A stretch of 64,000 bases of DNA. It comes from Mobula birostris. Its lineage: Eukaryota. Of this stretch, positions 49,655-62,861 are shown piece by piece (within the stretch, counting starts at the first letter, position 1; the number at the start of each line of letters is the position of its first letter). A program made the position numbers and the translations under genes. Where the stretch lies: positions 8,281,223 to 8,345,222 of the forward strand of contig NC_092391.1 in assembly GCF_030028105.1 (NCBI RefSeq). Reading direction: 5' to 3'. The notes under the pieces are model-generated. The model saw nothing but the letters and a program-made list of their open reading frames with translations. It had not been told where the DNA came from and ran no database searches.

Positions 49655-52566
49655 CTAAGAGTGAAAAGATAACCTTAGTCAGCAGACTCAGCTCAGTACT
49701 ACCAGCACATCAGACTTTTGACTACCCATCACCAAAAAACCAAACACATACACCAATTCCACCATTCTGGCAGCACAGAAAGGTAATTCACATTTTAATT
49801 TAACAACACATTCATCTTTTGGGTTCTTCATTTACTCAACCAGTTTTATAGCTTGCCTCTTTGGAACTTACGAACAAGGCAGGTAAATAATCACAGACTT
49901 TTAACTAATCAGTTAGAAAAGCTGAATATAATCAAATCCTCGACATGGTTTTATGAAGGGCAACTCAACTTTGACAGAGGACTGATAGGGAGGAACATGT
50001 AGATATAGTGTATTTAGATTTCCAAAAGGCATAGGACCAGATGCCAGATAAGACTAAAAATCCTGTACTAAAAGCCTAACTGAAGCCACGAAGACAGGTG
50101 GACAGTGAAGATTGTACATCCAAACTCAGAACCTCTCCAGGTTATGAATGCCTTTATACAAAACTTCCAATGCATCATTAAGAATATTTTACAAGGCAAC
50201 AATGAAAACATTGTTTCATGATATTCATTTATGACTGGATATGGTATATATTGTTAGGTTAATTATAGGTAACACTAAGGAAATCAGTGCACAAAATGAA
50301 ATAACTACATGGGCACCTATAGAAAACTTAAGAAACTGGCACACAGATAATTAGAAGGGACAGAACTCTTATAAAAATCCAGGGATGCCTATAAACTCCA
50401 CAGCTCTGGATGGCATTGAGCACGGCCGAGTTTAGCATGGGTCAGCTAACCAGGAGGAAGGGAAAGTTTCCTTCTGGATTGGAATTTGTGATCCACACAC
50501 TAAGTTCCTGATTTTCAATTATACCAATTTCCAGAAGATACCCATTTAAAATTAGTGTTCTAAAGAATCTGCCTTGGCACTTGAATGAGAAAATGGGAAG
50601 AAACAATGGAAAGTATAAATATATTTTAAAACAGGCCTCTTCTTAAGAAACCCTTTGAGACAGGGGAATGATGAGTAAGATAAGGATTAAGTTGGGGGGG
50701 GAAAAAATCAAAGCATCTCTGTTCCTACATATAAAGAATGACCTAGTAACAGAAGCTTGCAACTATCACCGTGGACAATATCACTTTCTAAAGTCCAGAA
50801 ACCTTATTGAAGGATCGACTACTACATTAAAAAAATTAGGTTCATTCAGAAAACAACCAATATTTCCAATCTTGCTATCCGAAGAACCATGTCCAAGTTA
50901 TTTTTAAAATAGTAACATTGGATAATTTCACCCAATTACAACATAGTACAACCAAGGGAAGCATAAATCTACCCTTTCAGAACTAAATCTACATTCCAAG
51001 GAAATCTGTGAGAGTTTGTAGAGATAGGATTAGTAAAGAGGCCCGAATAAACTCTCGCATTTGTACAATTAAAATTTTGTTAAGTTGGAACATCCTTAAC
51101 TGGAGCACCACTTTCACACAATGGGGGTTCCATTAGGAAACAGCAAATCAATAATTCTAAGACTTTCCTGCCCGACCCCATCCGCAACCCGGGAGCCAGA
51201 GGATGCTGTACAAATAAATGGTTGACTTCACACTTCAACACAGTACTTTGACATGGATTGGAAAAGGAACAGCAACAGAAGAACCTGACAGCACATCAAC
51301 TTCCCCACTGCTTGTATAGATTTGGAGCAATGGGAAAACACGTAGGGTACTCTTGCAAGGTCATTTTTGCCTTGCTTTGGTAAGCAGACACTTCACCCAG
51401 GCCACATGAAAACCCAGCAGCAGCCAAAGCAACGTACCAAACTGTACTCGTCTATGGCCATTAGTGCATCCTTACTCTGTCTTTCCTTGTAGACAAACAA
51501 TTATATGGAGATTTTAAAATCTAAATGATGATCTTCATTTGTTACATGTACATTGAACATACACCGCTCGAGTCAGATCCAATCAGCAAGGATCGTGCTG
51601 AGGATTGTCCTAACCCTAGCCCACACATCGTTGGAATGTAGAAAAGTGAAACACCCACGGGGAGAACATACAAAAACCCTCAGAAGCAGCAGTGGGATTT
51701 GAACCACTAATTTCCAACCACTGCCTGTAAGGAGTTTATCTTCCCATAACCACATGGGTTTCCTCCCACAGATTAAAGACATGCTGATTGGTAGCCTAAT
51801 TGGTCATTCTAAGTTGTCTCATAAGGCTACGGTTAAATCGGGGTATTGCTGGGCAGTGTGGCTCGAAGGACCAGAAGGGCCTATTCCACACTGTATCCAA
51901 ATAAAAAAAAATAAAACCAGTACCATAAAGGTTTGTGCTAACCTCTGTGCTACCATGCCATCCTTATGTACCTCTGGCCCCCCAGCTTTATTCTAATCAA
52001 AGTACAGTGTCGCTTTAATTTGAATGGCACTGCACACCTTTATAACGCAAGCGAAGATTTAATTTTGTGCAAAACATACATTTGACAGCATACACCACCT
52101 CAAACCTAGTTACTACTGGTGGAGGTCACTGGAAACTGCAAATATTTGCGTCCCGGATGGATCACGGGGTGTGGGTTCACATAATTCAGGTAGGGAAAAT
52201 CTAGAAACGCATGGACAGGACTCTGAATGCAGTAAGTATCTGAAAATACTTCATGGAAGCAACACCGCATAAAATACAAGGAATACCGGGAAGCAGTGAC
52301 ATCTCGCTACAGAGATAATTCCAGTGCCACACACCCAATACTGGAGGAGCTCAGCAGGTCAGGCAACATGTATGAACAGGAACAAACAAGTTAATGTTTC
52401 AGGCCAAGGCTCTTCATTAGGACCGGAAAGGCAGGTGACAAAAGCCACAAGGTGGAGAGATTTTAAAACTTGTATGGTTACAGAGGGCAAAATAGTAAAA
52501 GTCCATTATTAATGCCCCAAACTGCTAGGATACATCATTTTCTCCCCCATTTTACACGCAACATTA

Positions 52567-52722
<156 letters not shown>

Positions 52723-53548
52723 TTATTGTAGCCATTCACACATCTCACTAAGTATCAGGGTTGTGGAAGCCTGATTCGCTGGTTCAGCTCCATCACCAAC
52801 AAATACTAATATAGGTAATGTGCACCAATCCAAAGATTTAAAAGTATTAAACTCTTGAGAAAACCTTGGTGTTACAGGCAGAACTTCAAGTCCACTAAGC
52901 ACAGCAACAACTTTTTTCAAACCCTATCTTTTCAAAGTATTTTTGTCACAGTAAGTACGTCAGCATACACCAGAGATTCATTTTCTTGCATTTATAGCAA
53001 TATAAATAAAATAGAATTTAAAAGATACTTAAACGAAGACTGGCAACCGATGTTCGAAACTTGGCAAACTTGGTAAAAAAGAACTGAAAGTACAAGTTGA
53101 AACTCATGGGTTGTAGAGTCCTTGAAAGTGAGCCTGTTGTTGTGGAGTCAGTTCAGAGTTGAGGTAAATGAAGCTGCCCATGCTAGTTCAGGAGCCTGAT
53201 GGTTTTAGAGTAATAACTATTCTCCAACCTAGTGGTGTGGGTCCTAAGGCTCCTCTACCTCCTGCCTGACAGTAGTAATGAAGGGAGCATGGTGGTTGGG
53301 AGGGGGTACTTGATGATGGACGTTGTTTACTTGTCCCACTCTGTGTAAGTGTGCTCAATCATGCAGAGGGCTTTGTCTGTGATAGATAGATTGGGCTGTA
53401 TCCACCATTTCTCTGTACACTTTTACGTTACTGAGCATTGAGGTTTCCATACCAAATTGTGATACAACTAGTTTGGATACTCTCCATTGTGCATCTATAG
53501 AAGTTTGTCTAATTTTTAGATGTATGCCAAATCTACACAAACTTCTAA

Positions 53549-54033
53549 AGCCTGGTTTATACTTCTGCGTTAACTCAACGCCATAACCTACGCAAGTGGC
53601 CTACGCGCGTTGTGAGCATTTATACTTGTGCGTTGGTGTGTGTGCGTCGCTTGGCAATTTGCGCACACCACACATGCACACTCAACTGCCCGCGCAAGGC
53701 TTCATGGCCACGGTAGTCTCGGGGTAAATAAGACGCGAGCGTCTTTTTTCGTGCGAAATGTGTCCTCCATAATTTCGGAGGTCTGTAAAGCTTTATGGAA
53801 AGCACTGCAGCCAGAGTTCCTTCCCTGCCCTTCAGTTGCCGAGTGGGAAGCTATTGCAGCGTAGGATGAAATGCGATGTGACCAAACGGACTAATCACAG
53901 CTGTTGTGTTCTGCGTTGCCGCAACGCCCAGTTACATTTTGGGAGAGGTGCGCGTCGCAGCAACGCAAGCTCTCGTGTGGGGTTCCACGCCGGCTTTACA
54001 GCAATGCGTTGACGCAGAAGTATAAACCAGGCT
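53549..54033 (+). mobile_element. PIF/Harbinger internally deleted element (MITE) in RPL35 intron 2
   Basis: Perfect 22-bp TIR AGCCTGGTTTATACTTCTGCGT, TAA TSD on both sides. Internal transposase remnant [24 protein letters not shown]. Confidence 0.85.
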
Positions 54034-54160
54034 TAAGAAAGCTGAGGTACTGTTGTGCCTTCTTTCCAATGGGCACTTATGACCTGACAGACTTTGAACA
54101 CAGCTCGATTCGCTCTATCTTAAAAACTGGCTTGTCCAAAAACCCACATGCTTTTACTTA

Positions 54161-54301
<141 letters not shown>

Positions 54302-56053
54302 TTATAGAACAGAGATGTGTTACTGTCACCGACCAAGGCTCTAACAGAGGCCACATGCAACAAAAACCTCCAAGGCAACACAAGATGCTGCTTCAGGAAC
54401 AAGAATATCAAGAAGCTTCACTCATGGCTGATCAGGAATCCTACCCCCATTTACCCATTATTGACCCTTATTCAACAAAGCTACAAGTCACAGAACACTG
54501 CAGCACAGAAACAGGCCCTTCAACCCATCTAGTTTGTGCTGCACTGTTATCTGCCTAATCCCATTGACCTGCAAACCATACTCCAAATTAGGCCTTATCA
54601 TCCTTATTCAACTTCAACACAACTTAACTCCTGTATTCAGTACTTTGACCTCCAAAGGTCAATGGGCCAAAAGCCTTCTTTATGACCGCATCTACCTTTG
54701 ATGCAGGTAGATAAGGTCATACGGAGACCTGTGACCTATACAAGTTCCAAAATTTTATTTGATCCAGCCACCAATCTGGGTAATAAACTCCAGGTTTACT
54801 CTGCCTCAGGCACAGTGGATTCAAGAACATCACTCCTTATTCTATCATTTTGTAATTTCCACTGCTTCTGACCAGTTCCACTGTAACTTTAAGAGCCATG
54901 CATCCACTCTACTACATCTACCATTTAGATCAAGGCACAGCAACACAACTGGACTGCTGCTTAATCATCAGAAGGTCAAAACCTTGGTACTCCTCACCCA
55001 CCAATCTTCCAGAGATCAAATGTGCTCTGCAGTCTAATGAAAGCGGTTAAAGGCATATGGAGCGAGCAATCCCGGCCAGAGATGCACACTCCCTATTAAT
55101 GAAAAATCTTATCTTCTGGTCTCTGCCATTGCACCAACCAAAGCTGGAGTACTCAACACTTAGACACAGCAGATCCACAGCCAGTGACACAAGCAGTACT
55201 CAGTCAGATATTGATGTCAGAAAGGACCACCCCAACACTGAAAATTGCACCCTGGCCTACTGCTGTACACCAGCTCTGGAACATTAAAACCATATAGACC
55301 TCAAGGCCTCTTAACTGCAGGAGCAACATCATTGTAAATTTTAGTTCCTCGATATCTCACCCCACACAGACACACGTAGATTATACCTTTTAACTGTTAC
55401 CTCCACCCATCAAAGCACCTAATCCCCTTTCAACACCTCTGCATCTTGACTAAGAAAGTCAAACTAGATGTTGCTCCACCTAGTTTCCAGCCACTCACTC
55501 CACTACTGGTTAAGGACTACCTCCAGACACAGTAAACATAAGACGGACCTACAGGCCCAAAGCCGGATTTGGACTCTTTAACAGCAGACCCGGCACGGGG
55601 ACTGGATCCAGCGGCAACCCCCTCCCTCGTTCGGGAGACGAGTCTAACGGAAGTTCTTGCTCCGAGGCCGAATCCTAGCGAGAACCCCCACACCGCCCCC
55701 CGGTTCTAGGCCGGACCCCAAACAAGAACCCCACTCCCCCTGCTCCGAGGCCGACCCAGACCTAGACTCGTAACAGAAGTTCCCGGTCCGGAACACCGCG
55801 GGAGCCCTTTGTCCGGGGTGGGCCGCCAGGCCGCCCATCTCTCCCCCACCTCCGCCGCCATTTGCAAATCCCCGAGCCCCGGGGAACCTGCTAGCCTCTC
55901 CACACAGAAATCGCCCACAATAGCAGCGGCAGCCGGCGGGTCGGTGGCCAGGGCACTGATGGGAGTGAACGGCCAGGCTCGGCGGCCACCAGAGGCCGAG
56001 GATGGAGTCAGATGACGGTTCCCTCCCTCACACCGGCCGCTCGAGTCACCCAC

Positions 56054-56056
56054 CAT
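56054..56056 (-). CDS. RPL35: RPL35 coding exon 1 (ATG only)
   Basis: Minus strand reads ...CTCCCTTTCCTGCGCCTGCTCCGACAACATG|GTGGGT. An ATG-only first coding exon is typical of RPL35. Confidence 0.9.
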
Positions 56057-56074
56057 GTTGTCGGAGCAGGCGCA

Positions 56075-56085
56075 GGAAAGGGAGC
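56075..56085 (-). promoter_or_regulatory. RPL35 TCT/5'TOP initiator
   Basis: Minus-strand CTCCCTTTCC pyrimidine tract about 20-30 nt upstream of the ATG. GC box at about 56091-56101; YY1-like GCCATTT in intron 1 at about 55857. Confidence 0.75.
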
Positions 56086-56503
56086 GCGACGGGGGCGGGG
56101 CCAGTCATACTATGTGACCGGCGCTACCACCTCCTGCTGCAGCGGGGAGGGAGAGCACCAATCCAAGTATATAATACAGCTTTTAAGCTTCTAGTTTAAA
56201 TCCGACACAAAAAATATTATGAATAAATAATTAACTGTATTTTCAGATAATTAATGGAAATTAAAAATCCTGGTAATTTTCCTTTTTTAAATTAGGTTAT
56301 TTTAGATTCTCCCCTTCACAGAGGGTGCTGAGGCAGTTTCCGGTTCCAGGGCGAAGTTGGTGAGGCCCGGCGCTGGAACGGGGCAGTCGGCAGCCGCCGC
56401 TGATTTGGATGCGGCCGCCGGCGGAGTAGGAGGCAGGACGGCGGCTGGTGGAGGCGAGGCGACGTCCCGGTTCACGCTCGGGCTCTGAGCCGGCGGGAAG
56501 GAG

Positions 56504-56643
56504 ATGGCGAGGAACACGCTGTCCAACCGGTTCCGCAAAGTCGACATCGACGAGTACGACGAGAACAAGTTCGTGGACGAGCAGGAGGAGGCGGCCGAGC
56601 AGCAGGGCCCCGACTCCGGGGAGGTGGATGGCTTCATCAGGCA
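56504..56643 (+). CDS. ARPC5L: ARPC5L exon 1 ([47 protein letters not shown])
   Basis: [23 protein letters not shown] is the ARPC5L N-terminus. The exon ends at a U12 donor |ATATCCTTT. Confidence 0.96.
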
Positions 56644-57804
56644 ATATCCTTTGCGGGGTGGTTCCGAGTCCGCGGCCTGAGGAGGGAGGGAGGGCGGGCG
56701 GGTGTTGGGCCGCTGAACCCCCGATGATGGGTGTTCGAGTCCCCGCCTCCCGGTAGGTGAGATGTTCGGGCCAGAGGTGATCCTGCCCGCCTCCCCTGCG
56801 GTCCCACCGCACCTGGGTCCCGGGGCGACATTCTCCCTCCCGGGCCGCTACCCAGCTGCCGGGTCGGCGACACCCACATCCTGTGAGTGGCCCGAGGTGG
56901 TGACAGCGCCTCCCGGGAGCAGGGCGTCCCCACGCCCTCGCATACCTCAGGATGTCTCATTTTCTTCTTGGCTCGCAGGCGTGTTGCCCAACACCGAGGA
57001 GCCTCGGCTTCTTGTGTCGGAAAGCAGTCACTGGAGAGACGAAATAATAGTCGGAGATAACCCAGCAGCATTGGTGAAAGGGGGTTCACTCAGGGCTGGA
57101 AGTATTCGGAAAGCGGAGATATCTTAACCAAACTGCAGCATTTCTTTTGTTGTAAAAGTTACTGTAAAACAGGGGGAAAAAATGAATGCTCAACTGGACC
57201 AGGCAGAAAGTTTCAGATTTCTGGTGATTCAGAACAACAGCCTGATTCCCCTGTGCTGCTTGACATTTGTTCAAATGCTTCACCTTCAGCTTTAAGATGT
57301 AAAATGTTTTAAAATCGTGCTCTTTGTTCTGCATGCACAGCTGGGCGATTAGATCCAGCTAAAGTTGGAATGGTTGCGGACCATCTTGTTGTGGGCCTCT
57401 TTATTAAAGTTCGTGGTGAAATTGCCGGATTTATACAATTAATGTAAAGGGCATCGGTGAGGCGTGGTTCAGTCGGAAACTGGTGTCTTAAGATCAGGTT
57501 TTACTAGCTTTACGTGTTATTTAGCTCAGGGAAGGAGCCGTGATAAATCTCTCTCCTAATCAATTGTTTCAAGAAGTATAAAATGCACGCATCTCCCCCT
57601 CTCCCACATTGCATCTTAAATTTATCCTATTGCTATTTCTTATACATTTAAGTGTCCAAAGTTATGACTATTATGCTCAATGTTAATACACTTGTGACCG
57701 TGACATTGTCCATAAGTATTGTGTGATCTAAGTTAAGGAGGAAAGTCTTTCACGTTACTTGTCACAACTTGCACTTTTCTTACCATTGTTAAGGCCAACA
57801 TCGT

Positions 57805-58230
57805 TAAGGTGTTTGATGGCTCTGGGCCTGTACTCGCTGGAGTTTAGAAGAATAAGGGGGGGTTGTCTCATTGAAACCTATTGAATATTAGAAGGCCTAG
57901 GTAGGGTGGACATGGAGAGAAGGTGTTTCCTATTGTGGGGGAGTCGAGGACCAGAGGGCACAGCCTCAGCCTAGAAAGATATTTCGTTAGAACAGAGATG
58001 AGGAATTTCTTTAGCCAGCGGGGTGGTGAATCAGTGGAATTTATTGCCATAGACAGCTGTGCAGGGTAAGTCATTGGGTATATTTAAACAGAGGTTCTTG
58101 ATTAATCAGGGTGTCAAAAGTTAGAGAGAGAAGGCAGGGAATGGGGTTGAGGGGGATGATAAATGTAGAATAGTGGCGCAGACTCTGGGCTGAATGGCCT
58201 AATTCTGCTCCCGTGTCTTGTTGTCTAATA
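57805..58230 (+). mobile_element. CR1 3' fragment in the ARPC5L U12 intron; same subfamily as 59180-59960
   Basis: Shared AAGGTGTTTGATGGCTCTGGGCCTGTACTC..TCTCATTGAAACC. Confidence 0.8.
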
Positions 58231-58504
58231 CTGATGATATTTTGTGCAGTGCTTCAATAACTGAACAGATACTTTTCTATATGGAGAATAGTATTACGCT
58301 GAAGGACTAATCGTTAATTTTTGAGATCCTGAAAAAATCTGTGACTAGCATAGTTTTGCATTGAATCACTTGATAGTGGTTGGTGAAAACATGAAATCAA
58401 GGACTGTGTATTGGGAAATTGCTGCTTGTGTAATTACTAAAACTGTTATGCATCGTGTCTGGTGATTGACATTGCTTGTTATTCAAAGGGATTTAATTTA
58501 AATG

Positions 58505-58702
58505 CCAAACACAAGATTCTGCAGATGCTGGAAATCTCAAGTAACACAAATGTAAGAGGAACTCAACAGGTCAATGGAAGGGAATAAACGGTTGACATTT
58601 TGAGGCGAGATCAGGTCCGTATGAAGCGTCTCAAGCTGAAACGTTCCTCGCCATAGATGCTGCCTGACATGCTGAGTTCCTCCAGCATTTTGCATGTGTT
58701 AC
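58505..58702. mobile_element. Palindromic Penelope-derived mini-element (decayed)
   Basis: AGATTCTGCAGATGCTGGAAATC head and inverted GAGGAACTCA / TGAGTTCCTC arms. Confidence 0.7.
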
Positions 58703-58910
58703 TCATAATGTAAATACAGAGAAGTTACATAGTAGAATATATCACTGATGTATGTGCCTCATTCCACAGTCTTTACTCACATGTAAATTTGTACCTACAG
58801 AACAACTTGGTTTTCTGCTGCTGATTCAGTGTTAGACAGCACAAAGGGGCCATTTGGCCCATCCTGTCCATGAGCTATCAATTGATCTTCCTTGACCTGT
58901 AGAAATGAAC

Positions 58911-58983
58911 AGGTGACATGCTTAGTGCGTTACATGCAGCTTTAAGGAACCCTCCCGTTAACATGAAGAATCAGGCAGTCAAG
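58911..58983 (+). CDS. ARPC5L: ARPC5L exon 2 (GDMLSALHAALRNPPVNMKNQAVK)
   Basis: AC acceptor, AAG|GTATTT donor, 73 nt. Confidence 0.95.
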
Positions 58984-60467
58984 GTATTTAAAGCTCCTTT
59001 TTATTTCCCTAAAGTGTTGAAGTGCTGGAGCTATGTGATGCATATAAATGTAGCCAAAAATGCATTGGCGTGTCTTCAAAAATGTCTCTATCTGAACAAG
59101 TCTGTTGGGATTCTTTGAGGTAATAACAGGCAAGATAGACAAAGGAGAGTTGTTTGCTTGGAATTTTAGAAGCATTGTACAAGGTGCTGCGCATGAGGCT
59201 GCTGAACAAGGTGAAAGCCCGTGGCACTACAGGGAAGGTACTAGTATGGATAGAAGATTGGCTAAACGGGTTGAAAGTGAAGAGTGGGAATAAAGGGAGC
59301 CTTCTCTGATTGGCTGCTGGTGACTTGTGGTGTTCAACAACGTGTGTGGTCTGCTATTTTTCACACTGTTAATAATCTGGTTGACGGCTTTGTGGCAGGC
59401 TTGAAGATAATACAAAGGTAGGTGGAGGGGTAGGTAGCGTTGAGGCAGAGAGTCTGCAGAAGTTGTTGCAGATGGAATACAGTGTAGGAAAGTGTATGGC
59501 CGTGTACTTTGGTAGAAGGAATAAAGGCATAGAATATTTTTTTAAATGGAGAACAATTCAGAAATTGGAAGAGCAAAAGTACTTGTAAGTCTTAATACAG
59601 GATTCCTAAGGGTTAACTTACAGCTTGAGTTGGTAGTAAGGCAGGCAGATACAATATTAATTCATTTTCAGAGGACCAGATGTAATGCTGGAGCAATTAT
59701 AAGGAATTGGTCAGACCACATTTGGAATATTGTGAACAGTTTTGGGCCCCTGATCTGAGGAAAGGTGTTCTGGCATTAGCAAGGGTCCAGGGGAGGTAAG
59801 CGAGAATGATTCTGGGAAGGTGTTTGATGGCTCTGGGCCTGTACTCACTGTAGTTTAGAAGAATAGGGGGGGGGGGGGGGGAATCTCATTGAAACCTCCC
59901 GAATATAGGAAGGCCTTGATAGAGTGGACATGGAGGGGATGTTTCCAATAGTGGGAAGAAGGGACCCGAGAGAATTTGTGATCTTAAAACATCTACCTCA
60001 TTGCTTATTTTACAAAGGTAAGTTTACTGTCACTGCATTTGCATTAATGCAATTAACATCTCTTGTTTTGCCACTTGTTTGAGAACTTTGCCACTAGGAT
60101 GTGTAGATTAATTGATCATGCCTTTTTGCTCTAGTTGGTACAAGCCCTGTAATATTTATCCTCAGAATCGCATAACACTTTTTAGCTCTGCCCTCCTGTA
60201 CTCTCTCTCCTCATTCTAAGGAGTTCAGTTTATGAAATTGGGAGGAATTCGAAAATCCAAAATGAACTTGCTTTTTGGGTGAGACTAGAACTTGAGGTTA
60301 TGGGTGAAGGGTGAAACGGGAACCTGACGGACAACTGCGCTGAGTGGATGGTGACAGTGGAATGAACTGCTGGTGGAAGTGGAGGATTTGAGCTGGATTT
60401 CAACATTTGGATAGATACATGGATGGCAATGGTCTGGATGCAGGTCAATGGGACTAGGCAGATTAAT

Positions 60468-61495
60468 AGAAACATAGAAAACCTACAGCACAATACAGGC
60501 CCTTCGGCCCACAAAGCTGTGCTGAACATGTCCCTACCTTAGAACTACCTAGGTTTACCCATAGCCCTCTATTTTCCTAAGCTCCATGTACCCATCCAGG
60601 AATCTTTTAAAAGACCCTATTGTTTCTGCCTCCACCAGTGCCCTCAGCAGCCNNNNNNNNNNNNNNNNNNNNNNNNNNNNNNNNNNNNNNNNNNNNNNNN
60701 NNNNNNNNNNNNNNNNNNNNNNNNNNNNNNNNNNNNNNNNNNNNNNNNNNNNNNNNNNNNNNNNNNNNNNNNNNNNNNNNNNNNNNNNNNNNNNNNNNNN
60801 NNNNNNNNNNNNNNNNNNNNNNNNNNNNNNNNNNNNNNNCAAGCACCTTAAAACTATGCCCTCTCGTGTGAGCCATTTCAGCCCTGGGAAAAGCCTCTGA
60901 CTATCCACACGATCAATGCCTCTATTAGGTCAACTCTCATCCTCTACCGCTCCATGGAGAAAAGGCCAAGTTCACTCAACCTATTCTCATAAGGCATGCT
61001 CCCCAATCCAAGCAACATTCTTGTAAGTCTCCTCTGCACCCTTTCTATGGTTTCCATGTCCTTCCTCCAGTGAGGCAACCAGAACTGAGCACAGTACTCC
61101 TAGTGGTGTCTGACCAGGGACCTATATAGCTGCAACGTTACCTCTCGGCTCTTAAACTCAATCCCACAATTGATGAAGGCCAATACACCGTATGCCTTCT
61201 TAACCACAGAGTCAACCTGGACTCGGACCCTAAAATCCCTCTGATCCTCCTCACTGCCAAGAGTCTTACCATTATTGCTATATTCCACCATCATATTTGT
61301 CCTACCAAAATGAACCACCTCACACTTATCTGGGTTGAACTCCAACTGCCACTTCTCAGCCTGGTTTTGCATCCTATCAATGTCCCGCTGTAACTTCTGA
61401 CAGCCCTCCACTCTATCCACACCCCCCCCAACCTTTGTGTCATCAGCAAATTTACTACCCATCCCTCCATTTCCTCATCCGGGTCATTTATAAAA
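60468..61495 (-). mobile_element. Young CR1 LINE fragment, same subfamily as 48495-49242
   Basis: KFADDTKVGG RT motif and KKAYGVLAFI. Contains an assembly gap. Confidence 0.9.
60653..60839. other. Assembly gap (187 N)
   Basis: Run of n characters. Confidence 1.
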
Positions 61496-61864
61496 AGTTT
61501 GGCATGGTTTAGATGGGCTGAAGGGCCTGTTTTACGGTGTGGTGCTTTATTGTACCATGACATAAATGTCTTGCGACATTATCAGACACTGTATGATAAA
61601 ACTTCCTGGGGAATTGGGGGGAAAATATGATTTCAAGTTTGTCAACTGAATAAGGAAAATCTGAGTAAAAAGTAAATTGCTACAGTATATTCCAAAAAAG
61701 TCCCAAAGTTTCATATGAATTTCCATTTTTGTATGATTATCACAATTGATATGAGTCATTGATATTGTTGTGAAATATTAGGACTGGAATTGTTTGATTA
61801 ATGTAGATATACAGCATATTTCACATTTTAATAATCAATATGTGTAATTTTGTTTCATTCACAG

Positions 61865-62041
61865 GAACGGGCACAGGGAATAGTTCTCAAAGTCCTTACG
61901 TCCTTTAAAAGTAGTGAAATAGAACCGGCAGTAAAGTCGTTAGATAGAAATGATGTTGATCTTCTAATGAAATACATTTATAAAGGCTTTGAAAAACCCA
62001 CAGAAAACAGCAGTGCGATATTATTGCAGTGGCATGAAAAG
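61865..62041 (+). CDS. ARPC5L: ARPC5L exon 3 ([59 protein letters not shown])
   Basis: Acceptor CACAG|, donor AAG|GTAAAT, p16-Arc motif [12 protein letters not shown]. Confidence 0.98.
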
Positions 62042-62798
62042 GTAAATCAATTCCTTTGTCTTTAATTGTATTTTTCTTCAAAAAATTTTCTCCAAAATAT
62101 GCTACATCTAGAAAATTGACGGGAGAAAGATGTGGGCACTTTCACTATGCTGCCATTTTGATAATTTTTTTCTAGATAAAATGTACATGGGGAAAGTAGG
62201 CCAAGAGAGAGGCAAGACTTGTTTCAAAATTTGTAAAAAAAAAGATATTGTAAATCTAATGATTCTTGTGCTAGGAGCTTGAACTTCTTGGACAACATTC
62301 TTAGACAAGCACCAACAAGCATTCTATGATCATTCATTCATTCCTAACATAGAAGCTCACTGTGCACAGTGACTAATGGTTAGCTTTACAGTATTAGCAA
62401 CCCAGTTGAATTCCTGCCACTACCTGTAAGGAATTCAAATGTTCTTCCCGTGGCTGAATGGGTTTCCTCTGGATGCTCTGGTTTCCTCCCACGGTCTAAA
62501 GACGTACTGGTTTGTGGGATAATTGGTCATTGTAAATTGTCCTGTGATTAGGCAGGGGTTAAATCGGGGGGTTGCTGGGCAGCACGGCTGGAAAAGCCTA
62601 TTGTGCACTGTATCTCAATAAATAAAAATTGAGTATTGAACCCTTTGCAAGTCACTTTGGGGATCTGGGTGTGTAATTTGCTGGGATGCTGGTTTCTGAG
62701 TGGAGAGGTATCACATTAAACTAAATGTGTGAACTTGCCATATGTAGTCATACTGCTTTTAGTGTGAAACTTGAACATTTCCTTTCTCCTCTTCATAG

Positions 62799-62861
62799 GC
62801 GTTAGCAGTGGGTGGAGTAGGCTGCATAGTACGAGTTCTCACTGCGAGAAAAACTGTTTGA
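62799..62861 (+). CDS. ARPC5L: ARPC5L exon 4 (ALAVGGVGCIVRVLTARKTV*)
   Basis: Pyrimidine tract plus CATAG|, TGA stop. Candidate AATAAA signals at about 63413 and 63704. Confidence 0.97.
   Translation, partial: ALAVGGVGCIVRVLTARKTV

Larger units (their letters stand above)
55560..57060. promoter_or_regulatory. CpG island and bidirectional promoter shared by RPL35 and ARPC5L
   Basis: Two GC- and CpG-rich blocks flank an AT-rich core (about 56165-56310). The divergent ATGs are 448 bp apart. ETS-like TTCCGG at about 56338. Confidence 0.85.
56644..58910 (+). other. U12-type (minor spliceosome) AT-AC intron 1 of ARPC5L
   Basis: 5' ATATCCTTT, branch point TTCCTTGAC at 58888-58896, 3' end ...GAAC|. 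This junction restores the conserved RQGDML frame. Confidence 0.95.

Noticed and set aside
55644-57127. Several GC-rich ORFs around the CpG island
   Set aside because: They reflect stop-codon depletion in GC-rich DNA and overlap true exons in the wrong frame or strand.
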